Origin: the human T2T-CHM13v2.0 reference genome, Homo sapiens
Direction: 5' to 3' (one strand)
NCBI RefSeq assembly: GCF_009914755.1
Contig: NC_060933.1
DNA length: 64,000 nt
Position numbers and translations under genes: made by a program. Positions within the stretch are counted from its first letter, which is position 1, and each line of letters opens with the position of its first letter. Of the stretch, positions 18,232 through 32,260 are shown piece after piece. The notes under the pieces are model-generated. The model ran no database searches and was not told where the DNA came from. It worked only from the letters and a program-made list of their open reading frames with translations.

Positions 18232-19929
18232 GAAGGGAAACTGCGAGGAAGAGCTAACTCTCCAAATATACAAAATCCAGTATCTCTCCAGGTCTAACAA
18301 CTTCCAGAGCTTCCTTTCTGAGACTCCTTAACACCAAAGCCATGCCCCCAGCTAATGACTAGCATCTAGCCACCTTAAACAAAATCTCCCTTTCCACAAG
18401 CAAGAATGAAAGTCTTAAAAGATGTAAATACCTGGGAAAGTGAGCCTATGGGTGAGAAATAATTTCTGGCACCTTGTCAAGGCTCTTTCCTGTTGTGATA
18501 ATGGGAGGGCAGGAGGCCGAGGGTGAACTTTGGGAACTTTGTGGTTGCTGGGAAGTCCCCATTGGTCTTCTCTGCTGGCCAGCTGGTGGCTGGGTGGAAA
18601 GGATCATGGTCAGCTGAGTGAGCCAGCATGCCTTGGGCCCCAGTGAGCTTGCAGACTGTTGCTTCCACTGCACTCTCTGTTCTTGCCCCCCGCCCCCATC
18701 CTCCCTGCCTTCTGAGCGCCAGACTATGATTCTCATAGTGAGATCTGAAAACAGAAACTCCAGAATGATAGAAACTTGCTAGCAAAGCTTTAGTAATAAC
18801 AGCAGCAATGGGGAAAAGCCCCAAAACCTCCTAAGATAGTTTTCTGAGGGCAAAGAGCAGCAACGTGGACTCCTAACAGGCCACATGTGTTTCTCTCATT
18901 CTGCCCAGCCCCTCACACGGCAGGAGAGGCATAATAGCACTTGGTCAGGAGTAAAAATAGAAATGGATGCGAAGAAAAGCAGACCCAGGGACAGAATGGA
19001 AAAACTATGAATATATAATTCTGGAAAAGAATTTTACTTTAACTTGGTGTTTTCACATTATAGGCCTTCTCTATTCTCTTTCTAAAATCTCAATCTAAGA
19101 ACAGGATGCCCAAATTTCAATCTTCCTTCCCTATTACCACGTCAGTCAGCTGGTCATATAACCTCTCTTGGTGTGGTTTCTGTATCCTTAACTTGAAGGG
19201 CTTAGGAAACACCATCTCCGATCCTGCTTAGATATTTTCTTCTGCAAATATATTTTGACAAAACAAAACTGAGCCAATTAATTAGCAGGGCAAGACTTAG
19301 TTACTGTTGTACCTCTTTGGTTAGATGTCCCAGCTAACTTATATGTACTAAAATCTCATATTCTGTTTCTGATGAAACTTGTAATTTACTCATCAATAAA
19401 GTGGGGATAATATTTGTCTCACTGGGCTTTGTGAGAATTTGATTATATACAGGATGTGAAGGAGACAATGGCTGCTGAATAATAGATGCTGAGTGTTAGT
19501 ACTTATCATATAAGCCCTGGTAACCCCCTTTGTGCCTGGCTTGGTTGATATGCAGTAAATATTTGACTGCATATTGGACTACTTGTGAAAGTAAGTTAGA
19601 GACACCGCTTGGGGCAGGACCTAACACAAATACAAACCAAAGGGACTAAAGAGTATCAACAATAGTGGGGAAATAGTTATCTGTCCTTTTTCTGTCTGTG
19701 AAACAATGCTCAGTACCTAAGCACACAAACCCAGGATTTCCATGAAGGTACATTATTTGTCATATTTTAACGTGTTTGAGGCATAACCGCGAGAACCACA
19801 ATGGAACATGATGATCTGGGAAGGGCCAAGGCCTATAACAGGTGGTCCAGGTGATCACCAGTAATATTGGGAATAGAACTGTGCTCACAGGGGCGGGCTG
19901 AAAATGAAATCAGCAGCAGTGCTGGTGGC

Positions 19930-20130
19930 ATTATTGAGCCCTTAAATGCTTTACTAGTTATTTCATTTTATCATCACAACTCTTAGATATGATACTGATA
20001 GTCCCACTTTTTTCTGATAAAGAAACTGTAGTTGTGAGAGGCTAAGAATCTTGCCCAAGGTCACAGAAGTAGTGAACGGTCATTCCTAGATTTGAATGCA
20101 AGACTGCCTTCCTCCAAAGCCCTTGTACAC
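19930..20130. mobile_element. MIR fragment (further MIR remnants at ~19130-19500)
   Basis: MIR core GATAAAGAAACTG...CTTGCCCAAGGTCACAG...ATTTGAA. Confidence 0.7.
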
Positions 20131-20753
20131 TCCACTTCAGTGGTGGACAATCCTGGAGCAGGCTCTCTTCAGAATCAGGGACCTGCATTAGGGATATTGG
20201 CCAGGTGGGAACTGAGGGACCAAGGCATTAATCTAGGGTCAAGACAAAACTCCAGAGGTGAATAAAAGCCAGGCAAAAAAACAAGGAGAGAGCCCTGACA
20301 GGTCGCCAAGGTGGGATCTCAGGCACAGAGAACAAGGCAGAGTTCCCAAGTGTAGCTTGGGGCATAGGGAGAATCTAGGGACGAGGCAGAAATTTTATCT
20401 TAAGAATTAAGATAGAAGGTCTGAGGCAAATAAGTGGCCCAAATGACTCAATAGTCCAGCATATTGGGCAGAAGCCCAAGATTGTAGTTTCTCCTAGAAC
20501 CTGGAGTGGGGCTGAATCTACAAAAGGATGGGAGAAGGAGAAGGAGGTCAAAGGGTCCCTATGGGAGAGAGAAATGTTCTGGCTCACTGGATGTTTTGGT
20601 GATCAGACCAGACACGTCTCCCAGAGGATTCAAATGACCAATTTTGGTGCCCTCTGTTGTCACTGATGTTATCTACAAGACTCAGGAAGTTTGTGCATAT
20701 GGCAGACAATTCCCCAAGACAAGTCTGTGGACATTCTTTGCGTTCATAAGGAC

Positions 20754-21053
<300 letters not shown>

Positions 21054-21142
21054 TTCTTTTTTTTTTTTTTTTTTTTTTGAGACAGAATTTCTCTCTTGTC
21101 ACCAGGCTGGAGTGCAGTAGCGTGATCTCAGTCCACTGCAAC
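21054..21142 (-). mobile_element. 5'-truncated Alu (3' end of right arm plus tail)
   Basis: T-tract then GAGACAGAATTTCTCTCTTGTCACCAGGCTGGAGTGCAG...CACTGCAAC. Confidence 0.9.
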
Positions 21143-22602
21143 TAAAGAGGACTTTCTAAACAGCCTCATAGAAATCTGTTTTCTAGTATTACATGTAACT
21201 AAAACTGAGGCTTCTTAATGCCATCTCAGCATGAGTATCCTACAAAAAATAAAAACTGGCATTCATATAAGCATTGACAAGTAATTTAAATATTTACTGA
21301 AATCTCTGAGGCACCAAAGAAGCATATTACATTTTATGATACAAAAAAATCCTAATGATCCTCGTCAGCTATTTTTCTCCCCAAAGTTCCACTCATTACT
21401 GCTGTTGCTTGCCATTTCCCAAAAATTACTTCTCTCTTTCTCTTCAACTATCTAAAAAATCCCCACCCATGATAGAAAGCAGAAGTAAGAAAGCTATAAT
21501 TAATATGTACCATTTGATATCCTATCACAGACTTTCTGGATGAATTGTAAACAGAAAACCAGTGTTAAGAGTGCTGTTGGCCATTGTTTGTTGCTTCTTT
21601 GCTATTCCTGTTAATACTTTCCAAGTGTCCCCCTCCCGTTGCCACCAGCGGGATACACTCATTCATTCTACCAACCAAAATTCAAGACTTGATTTCCCAC
21701 AGTGCATAGTGAAGTAAGAGACATATAGGACACGAGTCTTGCCCTCAAATAACCTAGAATTGAATAAGGGCAATAGAGCACACACCCAAATTACTACAAT
21801 AGAGTAACAGTATTAAGTGACTGATCCATAAAATGTGGATTAAGATCCCAGAAAATCTGGGAGATGAACTGATACAAATCATACAGTGTAATTACTGCTT
21901 ACTTCCACCTCTCTCACTAAGACACAACCCCCAGCTCCCTCTCTAGTCACATGCTCCAGACAGATTTCTCCATAATATTAGCTTGAAGGAAAATACAATC
22001 AGATCAACAAGGACCTAAGTCCCAGAATGAAAGAAAAAGAATGCGCTCAAAGAGAAAGTGGAGTGTTTGTCGAATGAAAGAACAATCTGACAGATGGCTT
22101 TGTGGGGGCGTAACCTAGAACCCATAAGAATTTTGTTATCAGTAGATCTTACTAATCTAGGCTGTACAGTGACTATCACCAAGATAATTTCTAAAAAAGC
22201 AATCTGATTATGTCTTATTTGAAATGTCTCATCACTTTTGAGATTTCCCCTTGTCCTCCGATTATGACTCACAAGTTCATTTTTGAGTAGACTCCTAGCT
22301 ATCTCTCTAGCCACATATCATACTCCTCCTCATGCCTGTACATTTTCTGCTTCAATCTGACTTTACCATTTGCAGTAATGGGTAATATCTGCATCCCAAG
22401 ACTACCCCCTTCATATCCTTATCATATAGCCCTATAATTGCATTTTCCCAAGTTTTTCAACTACCAGACAATAAGCAGACACAGGCCAAGGTCTACCATA
22501 TTCACCATTGCATCCCTAGATCCTTTCTCAATGCCAGGCATATAGTAAATATTTAATGAACATTGCCTGAATGACTAACCGAAAACATAAGGAAATCACT
22601 GC

Positions 22603-22993
22603 CTGTCTTGAGTTGGGTTTCCTGAAACCGTACTCTGAGATGGAGTTTTGAATTAGGTTTATTGGGCAGTAACTGAGGTAGGACAGTACAGAGAGAGAAG
22701 CAGAATTGCACTGTGGACTCCATAAGGAGCTCTGAAGCTGAGGTGACCCTTCAGACTTGTCTCTAGTGTGGCACAAAGGCCAGGTGCTTATACCCCTGAT
22801 CAGCTGATTATCAAATGCTGGTGCCCTGAGGGAGAAGGTGTCAACTTGGGTAATTTAGCTCCCTTGAACAAGGGAAATTCCTTGAAAAGGACTCAGCTGT
22901 CAGCAGTTAGCATCCAACCCTGCTGGTGGCTAGAGAAATGAGTGTCTTGATCCTGAAGGGGAATTTGAACAACGTACTGCAGTGTCTACGGCA
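22603..22993 (-). mobile_element. LTR16-like ERVL LTR
   Basis: TGTCTTGAGTTGGGTTTCCTG...ACTCTGAGATGGAG...GGAGCTCTGAAGCTGAGGTGACCCTTCAGA pattern. Confidence 0.65.
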
Positions 22994-23144
22994 TTTCCCT
23001 TTAACCAACAGCAAACAGCATGCATGCCTCAATTTGCTAAACTCTAGAAGTATCTCCCTGCTTTGAAATCCATTTAATTAACAACCGCCAGTGCTCAACC
23101 ACTAGTGGAGTGATAATCAGTTCTGCCACCATCACAATCAAGGA

Positions 23145-24340
23145 TCCATTTAGTGAGTATTTGCAGGGCACCTATTATGTGTTGGGCATTATTCTAAGTA
23201 TGAGGGATTCAGCAGTACATCAAACGGGCAAAAGGTCCTGCCTTCACTGAGCTTTCATTCTAGAAGACAGACAAGTTGTGAAGAAAAAATATGCAATTGA
23301 GGGTGATAAGTGCTAAGAAAACAGTAAAGAAGAGACAGGGAATAGGGAGTGCCAGGATTTCAGGAAGGATGGATGTTGTGATAGTAAATAGGGAAGGCCT
23401 CACTAACAAGGAACATTTAAGCAAAGTCACTTAGATATTTGAGGGAAGAGCTTTATAAGCATTGAGAGGAACTTTCATCAAGGCTTTGGGTGGGAGCAAA
23501 CCTGTGTGTTAGAAGATAGCCCGGAGGCCAATGTGCCTGGAAAGGAGAGAAGGAGGGAGAGCCCAATGGGAGACGAGGCCAGAGAGAAGTGGGTAGCAAC
23601 CTCTAGGCCATAATAAAAACTTTGTCCTATCCTGTCAGTGAGCTGTGAGGCCAGGGAAAATTTAAATAGAAGAATAACAAGATCTGACTTACATTTTCAA
23701 AGACTACTCTGATTGCTACTGAAAATAGGTATTTGCTATTAAAATAGGTATTTGCTGTTGCTATTGAAAACAGGAAAAAACAGATGCAGTAAGTCTAGTT
23801 AAGAGGCTATTAATATATTCCAGACAGCAAATAATGGGAACTTGGGCCAAAGTAATAGTGGTGAAGATGATGTGAAGTGTGTAGATTCTGGAAATATTAT
23901 TAAGATAGGGCTGACGGCAATTGCTGGTGGGCCAGATACAGGTTATGAGAAGAAGACTGGAGTCAAGGATTTCAGTCTGAGCAAATGAAAGGACACAGTT
24001 GTCATTTATTGAGATGAGATAAAGCATCTTGGTGAGGGAAGCAGATTTTGGGGAAGATGATTAGGAGTTCAGGGTTGGCCGTCTTAAGTTGGGGATGCCT
24101 ATTGGACAGCTGAGTGGAGATGTTGAGGATATGTGAAGTGCAGGGAAGCAGTCCAGGCTGGAGATATAAACAATCAGAGCCATCCACACACAGATGGCTT
24201 TTAAAAGCCATGGGACTAGATGAAATCACCAGGAAAGTGAGAGGAGGAGAGAGGGTAGGGGAGGGGAGGGGAGGAGAGGGGAGGGGAGGGGAGGAGAGGG
24301 GAGGAGAGAGGTTTTAAGACTGAGCCCTGGGGCACTGCAC
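23145..24340 (-). mobile_element. L2 fragment (with further L2 pieces at ~22180-22575)
   Basis: L2 hallmarks AAGATCTGACTTACATTT, GGAGTCAAGGAT, TTTAAAAGCCATGGGACTAGATGAAATCACC. Confidence 0.8.
24240..24311. repeat. (GGAGR)n purine-rich simple repeat
   Basis: GAGGGGAGGGGAGGAGAGGG... visible. Confidence 0.9.
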
Positions 24341-24509
24341 ACACAGTCTTTCAATCCCTCCCACAGCCTCACACGTCATTCTCCTGCTGTACCATGAGAA
24401 GTTGCATTGGACTGAAATGCCTCCTCACCATATTTGGCATGGCCAAAAGAACTTGGGCTTGAGAATTTGAGACACACCTATGTTAGAATACAATCTCTGG
24501 CATTCACTA

Positions 24510-24903
24510 TGGTAATTGAATTACTGGTTCCAAGTCTTCTCTTTCCCATAGAAATATCATATACCCATTCCTTTGTCATGGCCCAGTGATAGGAGGCATG
24601 TACTTCCCTGCTCCCTCAGCCTTGGCCACATGACTTACTTTGTCCAATGAGATTTTAGTGGCCATGAGGCAAGCAGAGGCTTGCAACGTGCTTGTGTGAT
24701 TGGGTTTACCTGCTTATGTTTCTGCCATTCCCATGAGAATAAGTAGTTTTGGTAGCACACACCTCCAGCCTGGGATTCAGAATGAGATACATGGAGCAAA
24801 GCCACCCCAGACCCCTCACAGAGAACTAAGAAATAAAATGTTTATTGTTTATGCCACTGTGATTTTGTAGCTGCTGGTTATGTAGAAATAGCTGACTTAT
24901 ACA
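24510..24903 (+). mobile_element. MLT1I/J-like LTR inserted in a MIR
   Basis: TTGGCCACATGACTTACTTTGTCCAATGAG...AAATAAAATGTTTATTGTTTATGCCACTGTGATTTTG...AGCTGACTTATACA. Confidence 0.7.
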
Positions 24904-27062
24904 GTACTGACTTACCAGCTGGGTAACTTTGTAGTCTTTGTTCCTTCATCTACCCAAAGAGATATGAATATGCCCTCTCTCTCTGAGTTGTAATAAAGAT
25001 GAAGTAACGTAGCATATGCAAAATTCCTGACATAGTGCCTGGCGCAATATAGATGCTTGTTAAAAGTTAATCAGCATCTTCAGGTTCCTCCCCTCCAGAG
25101 TCAATGGTCAGCAATGACTTTCCACCCATGCTAGCATAGGTTTCAAGAGCAATAATATTTTTGTCAAAGAAAGGTTATCCCTGCCAAGGAGAAGGAGTGG
25201 GTGTCCAAGTTGCATTTGCCAATTGCCTTTATCATTTGGAATTTTAACACAAGCTATAGCAATGCACTTTCCTAGGTTTCGTGATAAACAACTAGAGCCT
25301 GAAAAGCCAGCAAATTCAGTTTCATCATTTCATCATGTGACCCACTATCTTTAGAAATATAAGCCTCTTTCAGCAGTGCACTTAGGATAGCCTATGTCCC
25401 TTGAGAAATAACTGGCTTTTGTTTATGACGAGCCAGAATGCATGCACATGTGCACACACTACACCATACATACTGCCCTTTATCATTCCAGGCTTTTGTT
25501 CATCAAAATAGTAGCAAGTAGTGGCATAAAGCCATTTTCTGAGAAATAATTCATTATAAACAAAATCATCCAAATGCCAGTTCTTCTGACCAGAATGACC
25601 TTCAACAGGATAGCTTCTGTAGACTCACCTGCAGCAGTCAATGGCAGTAACATAACATTAAGTCCAACAGTGCTATTGCCTCACCAGGTTGTCACTAGCT
25701 TTGGCTAATTCTTTTCATGCCTTTACTGACCTTTAATCCTTACAATCAGAATACAAACAGTTCAACAGCTCAAGTAGCGTTCTTTGAGGCTGTGGTGATG
25801 AGCTGAATAACACCTCCCTAAATGCCCCCTCCTCCTTAGGGAAAGCGAGAAGAAAAAATCTAAGCAAGGCCATGGGGGTGCCTTTGTATAGATCTGGGGC
25901 AGCTAGACCACGGAAAAATTTAATGAACTACAGAAAAAAAAAGGCTTGTTACAGGTGTGAATCCCAGTCCACAAAAACAGGATGTGTGATGAATGTCCAT
26001 TTCTTTGTTTTCTTGAATCCACACAGTGTGGCAAGCAATTAGTCCTGCCAATATTGGAACTGACCTCAGGATTGGGATAAGTTCTTGGGGTATTACCTCA
26101 GGCCAAGACATCAGGAAGATTCTTCCTGATATGGGTCCATGCTAGGTACCACCAGACTGCGCACTGTACCAGCGTTTATTCCCTTGAAGCATTAGGTCTC
26201 AGTTGCCATACATACATGATGTCTCGGAGTCTTTACTGAGGCTGGCACCCCACTGCCTGGGGACCAGCCTTCCAAAGCACATCATAGTTTGCTCTGAGGT
26301 TGGCCACAAAGAGGGCATGAGTCCCACACTCCTCTCATGTCACTCCCACAGTTGTCTCTTAGCCTGACCTCTGCCCTCTCTCTTTAGTATCTCAGCAAAG
26401 TTTGCCCTCTCCTCTGCCAAGTATTCTCAAAGACTTCCTTTCTTTTCCAACTGCCCTAAGAGTGCTTAGAAACTCTTCAAAACATTTTGACTTTTGAAAA
26501 TAAGTGAGAGAAAAGTACCTTCTACTTTTGGTAGAAAATTTTGTGTGCAGATTTGGGTTGATGGTGTGAAAAACACACACACACAAATTAACATCCCAGA
26601 AAATTACCCTGCCATAGGTTGATTATTTCATTATTTCTAGAACAGTTGCTTCCTTTCAAGAAGGAATGGAGTGGTGGTTAAGTTGTGTACATATGGGAGT
26701 GAAAAAGAAAAACTGGATGTAGAACCTGTACCCAAAATCAAACATTAGGAATTACCTCAGCCTGGCTTTTCCAGAAAGTAGATCCTGAGCCAAAGGCTTG
26801 GGCCAATAATATACTAGGAAATCCATGCCCAGGAGCCAGGGTGAGGGGCATGGGGAGTGGAGCAGGGAAGGAGGCAGAGCCAGTATGAGCCAACGTTGAG
26901 CTGGGCTGGTCACCTCTAAGTATGTCTGAGGGCGCACCCTCACTGGAGCATCCTCTAGGAGGTGGAATAAACATCTCAGCAGCATCCACCTTACTAGAGG
27001 GAAAGAAGGGGAAATATCCACCACTTTCCATCACTCACAGATCAAACCTCGCCCCAAAATGT

Positions 27063-27419
27063 TGCTGTGGTCTGAATGTTTGTGTTTTCCCCCAGATTCA
27101 TGTGTTAAAACCTAATCCCTAATGTAATGCTTTCAGCAGGTGGAGACTTTGGGAGGCGATTAGGTTATGAGGGCTCATAAGGGGATTTGTGTCTTATAAA
27201 AAAGGCCTCAGAGACCTGTCTTTCCACTTCCACCATGTGAAGACATAGCTGGAAGGCACCATTTATGAACCAGAAAGCTGGTTCTTACCAGACACCAGAC
27301 CTATCAGCACCTTGATTTTGGACTTCCCAGCCTCCAGAACTGTGAGAAAATAATTTCTGTTGTTTATAAGCTACCCAGTCTGTGGTATTTTGTTACAGCA
27401 GCTTGAGCAAATTAAGACA
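27063..27419 (+). mobile_element. MLT1A-like solo LTR nested in an older LTR33/LTR16-like element (~26755-27650)
   Basis: TGCTGTGGTCTGAATGTTTGTG...GGACTTCCCAGCCTCCAGAACTGTGAG...AAGACA. Confidence 0.85.
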
Positions 27420-27726
27420 GGCATGTAACTCCTCCACTATTCCACTTATATGTGCCTAGGTGTCAAGCACAGTACTGCAGGGGTCCACACCTCAATGTCA
27501 ACAGAGAAGCACTGGGGCTGGGACCAAGAGGCTTCCAGGTAGTGAGTGTGTGAAGTTGCTTGGAACCCACAAAGCTGGTCATCTCAGAGACATCTGGAAT
27601 TGGAAGCAGATGAAGCCAGGAGCATATGAAGGATTGCTGAAGGGGTGTGTGATAATGCGTGTAATGTGTGAATGTGCACTAAAAGGCACTGTGAGTGAGC
27701 TTTTAGCAAGCATACTAGGAAAGCTT

Positions 27727-27834
27727 TGTTAAATATGCAATATATTTTATGTAAATTATATACACAGTATTAATTTGCATATGCAAATATATACCGTGTA
27801 TATAATTTACATAAAATATATTGCATATTTAACA
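27727..27834. repeat. 108-bp spacerless AT-rich palindrome
   Basis: 54-bp arms with 3 mismatches, centre between 27780 and 27781 (ATTTGCAT|ATGCAAAT). Confidence 0.95.
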
Positions 27835-30104
27835 GCGAGCAAAAGAGGTATATAAATTATATATTGTGTATATATAATTAATACACCTCTTTTGCTCAAT
27901 GCAATATATAATTTATACACCTGTTTTGCTCATTGTTAAATTATATATACACTATATAATTTATATATCTATACAAAATAATATGTGTAAAAATAAAGTA
28001 TATAATATGTAATTACAAACATTGTATTAATATATTTTATATATATAAAACATTCTAAATCTGAATTAGCATTGTCCTTATCAGATTTGCCATTCATTCA
28101 TTTGCTCATTCATAAGTATTTGTTGGGTTAACAGGTTAACAGTGAGCAAAACAGGTAAAGTCCCTGTTCAAGGATGATATAATTTAAAAAAAAATTTGTG
28201 AAACTTTTAAAATCATCTTAAAAGTCGGCATTGAATTCTTTTAATATCTTTAATCATCTCAAATTATTCTTTTTATGGATCCATTTGATTTGGGAATTAC
28301 CAGCAACCAAAACATTTAGATCAAGAAATGGTCAACCTGGGTAATAATGTGATTGGTCAAGAAATAATATAAAAAATGAGACTATATTTCTTGTAGGTGT
28401 GTCTAGAAAATACAAGTGTTATCAGATGGAGTATGTACATTTTTAAAAGTAGATTTTACTTATATCTTCTGAAACTACCTCTTTTTAATGTGAGAAGCAT
28501 TACTTTGGAAGAGACAGCAAGATAAGTGCTAAGTTGCTCCTTTGTAATCTTCCCTCTTTTTCTATGACATATCAGGAAGCTATGACAATCCTAAAAATGC
28601 TGACATTTTTCTCACTTAAGAATGATGATAGAAATAAAAAAGATTTCTTCTTCTTGCTCAGAAAGTATACAAGCAACTCTATAGTCTCCTTCTAAAATGG
28701 AGAATTGCTTGAATTGGAGACTCTAAGTGAATGCTTATCATCTTTGCACATACAAACACAAAAATTAGCAGAGATAATCTACCCTATCCCGTCACTAAAA
28801 CTCTAAAATTTGAAATGGAAAACAATACCAACTTTAACAATTATTTCCAGTGTATATTTTTTGCTCATCGATCATTCTGTTGGTCTGTTCCACAAATACC
28901 AAGATTCACTTCAGTCTCCAAACTTGCATGCTCCCATTCTACAAATAAGGAAACTGAGGCCCAGAGAGATGAATCTTAACTAGCATTACTCCATTAATTA
29001 ATGACTGCAGACAGTCTGTAATGCAAGGATTTGACTCCTCCGACTGGGATTTTTTCCTATGTATAATCCCTCACAAAGGGGACATTAAAAGTAGCTCAAA
29101 TATATTTTAACTACTTCCTCCTTTGCCATACAAGGCCATCTCTTTTATTATGGACAGCAATTCAACTCAGCCTCAAGTTTGCTTATGCCCATTATTTCAT
29201 TGTTCAGCCAAACAAAAAATAATCCAGTTCTTTAGAAAAATAATCTAGGTTATTTAGAAAAAACTACTTACCATAAATTTTTACCCAGACATACCATTCA
29301 AGGACTCAGCTCCTTATGCCACTGCCACCCCAACAGCTTCCACAACCAGAGTATTGACATGAAAAATATTATACCAAGTGTGGTTTTCTCTTTGAATATA
29401 TTAGTATTTTTATATGAAAAGTAGCCTATACTCTTCTAAACCTCCATTCATCTACGTATTCAACAAATATTTAGTAAGATCCTACTTAATGTGGCAGACT
29501 CTGTTCTGATCAAAATATTATAAACATCTCAAGTCACAAAATATAGTTCTGCAACATTGTTTCAAATGGCTACATGATATTTCATTAGCTAATTTTTCCA
29601 AAGTATATTTAATGTGTTCCCTGTTACTTAAGAGTGAGATCCTGATAGTCCACCATTCCATAAATCATCCATGAGGATGATGGCATCTCCAAGCATTCTT
29701 GTCTGCTAGATCAAAATGCTCCAGCCCCTCTTATTATATATCCCCTAACTTAATTTGATCAAATTTGGAAGAAGGTTATGGAACAACAATAAGCCTTCAC
29801 CTTTTTCTAAGTGAAGAAACAGAGGTGTTCATTATTTCTTCAGTCAATCATTCAACCAGAATTCATCAAGGCCCTCTTTCAGGTCAAGTGATGTGATGGA
29901 GCTAGCAATACAAGGATAAATGAGGCAAAAACACCTCACCAGGGACTGTCACTATCACAGGACAAACTTTTCCTCAAGTTAGACAATTATCCTCCAGCTG
30001 AACCAGAGCAGAGACTAAGCCAGCCTTACCCATTCCTGGTCGAGAATGTAACTCCAATTTGTGTATCTTATTCCTGCACAGCTCTTTCATTTAGTTTTAG
30101 GACT

Positions 30105-30628
30105 TGTATTAGTTACCCATTGCTGTATAACAAATTACCCCCAAAATTAAGCAGCTTGAAATATCAGACATTTATCATCTCACAGTTCCTGTGGGTCAGG
30201 CACCTGGAGTGGCTTAGCTGATAGTTGAGGCTCAGAGTCTTTATAGCTGGATCTGCATCATCTGAAGGATTGACTGGGGCTGGACAACCCACTTCCAAGA
30301 GGGCTCATTCAGATGACTGTTTGCAGGGAGTCTCAATTCCTTTCTGATTTTGGCAGGAGACCTCTGTTCCTTGCCAAGTGGACTTCTCCGGAGAGCTGCT
30401 TGAATGTTTTCATGACATGGCAGCTGGCTTCCCCCTGAGTGAGTGGTCCAAGAGAGAAAAAGATAGCATCCATAAAGCCCTTTATGACCTGTCCTTGCAA
30501 GTCTAATCACTTCTGCTGTATGTTATTGGTCACCCAGACCAACTCTGGTACAATATGGGAGGAGACTACACGAGGGTGTGAATGCTAGGAAGAAGGGCTC
30601 ATTGGGATCCATCTTGGAGGCTGGCTTA
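30105..30628 (-). mobile_element. MLT1F-like LTR
   Basis: TGTATTAGTTACCCATTGCTGTATAACAAATTACCCC...CATCTTGGAGGCTGGCT. Confidence 0.8.
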
Positions 30629-31849
30629 GAGTTTTTAGCAATTTTTAAATCCCAGGTAGCCTAAAAACTCAGAGAAAAATGTTGAAGAGTATTATATTTA
30701 TTTAAGTGGCGTATTTCATATGAAGATCACCAAATAGTTAAAAACTCTCCCTAGCTCCAGGAGAGATCATAGAATAAAAACTATAAAGCAAGAGAGGAAC
30801 TTTGAGATTATTTTCCTAGTCTATTAATTTGATGTGTCTTTTAGGGAACTTGATGAGGTGAAAAACTTTAAAAAAAAAAATTATACCAACCACTTCCCTG
30901 AATAGGACTGGAGACAGACTATCACTTTAAAAAATTTCTCTTTATTAAGAAAAAAGTTGCTTGTTTCATAAATGTAAGGCAAGCAGATACCCAGAGCCCT
31001 GGAGAAAATGTGTAACAGATCCCTTGTTTCTTATGTGCCTTCCAAGACTGCCTGTCCCAATCAATATCCCTTGCTATGCAGAGCTCTAGGGAGGGTGACA
31101 CATATTGCCTAGAGATTCTGGGGCCTTCTTGGAAAAATCTATCAAAATCCTCACCCCTTTCCCGAAAAGTGATGGAAACCTGTCTAGACAGAATAAGCGA
31201 TTTTGACGAAGACCCAATAGTAAGAAGGGCAATGGGGTACCAGAAACGCAATGACCACGAGGGCATACCCCAGTACCAGGTTGGCAAGAGGAAGCGTGGG
31301 GCCTGAGTCTCTGTCTGCCAGGTGGAAGCCCTGAATGTTACCTGTACAGTGTAATGGATAGGGAATACACAGTGCTCCAAGGGCAGCGCTCTTACCTTGG
31401 GAAAATGAGGGAGGAGTGAATCAGCAGAGTGTTGAGCACCCGGAGCAATCATTTGAGGGAGTCAAACCCCAGGGAGTACAGTTGTCTCCTGGAGAGACAA
31501 TCCACAGTTTTGTCCAGACAAGCACCACCACAGGCCAACCACATGGTGCCTGAGAATTAAGGCAGAAAGCAGAGATAGGAGGTGGCAAGAGACTGACTCT
31601 TAGCAGAGTTTAAAGCTCAGAATCCAGTCACAGCTGAAGCCTAGGACTTACCATCAAGAATGGGCATCTGAGTTGGTTTTCTTTCTTGTTTTCCTCTTTA
31701 TGGAACTCAGGTCCATGGAATTGGATTAATTGTAGTCTTTGGTTCATGACAACTGTTAGTTCAAGCATAATCCTCTTTTAATTATTTTAACAATATAATG
31801 AAAACCCATAATCCTTTATCCCAAGCAGGGATTATAACCTAATAGCCAC

Positions 31850-32260
31850 CTTAGGGGTTGAACTGTGTATTCCTAAAATTCAGATGTTGAAGTCCTAACC
31901 CCCAGTACCTCTGAATGTGACCTTATTTGGAAATAAAAGCATTGCAGGTATAATTAGCTAAGAGGAGGTCATTAGGGTGGGCTGTAATGCAATATGATGG
32001 GTTTCTCTATAAAAAGGGGAAATTTGAACAGAGACAGAATTTCATTGAAGCAAAATGATGTGAAGAGATGCAGGGACAAGACAGCCATCTACAAGCCAAG
32101 GAGAGGAGCCTGGAACAGATCCTTCCCTCACAGCCCTCGCAGGAACCAACCTTGATTTTGTATTTCTAGCTTCCAGAGCTGTGAGACAATACATTTCTGC
32201 TGTTTAAGCCACACTCTGAGGCGTTTTTTTTTTAAATGGCAGCCCTAGTAAACTAGTATA
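31850..32260 (+). mobile_element. MLT1B/C-like LTR
   Basis: GTTGAAGTCCTAACCCCCAGTACCTC...AAGCCAAGGAGAGGAGCCTGGAACAGATCCTTCCCTCACAGCC...GCAGCCCTAGTAAACTA. Confidence 0.85.

Noticed and set aside
21638-21658. CTCF-like GCCACCAGCGGGATAC (similar partial matches at ~13960, ~56335 and ~59535)
   Set aside because: Three or more mismatches in the core; expected by chance.
23718-23775. Short duplication AAAATAGGTATTTGCT within L2
   Set aside because: Ordinary slippage duplication.
30922-31452. 176-aa minus-strand ORF and overlapping 76-aa plus-strand ORF
   Set aside because: No recognisable domain, no splice or pseudogene hallmarks; composition looks random.
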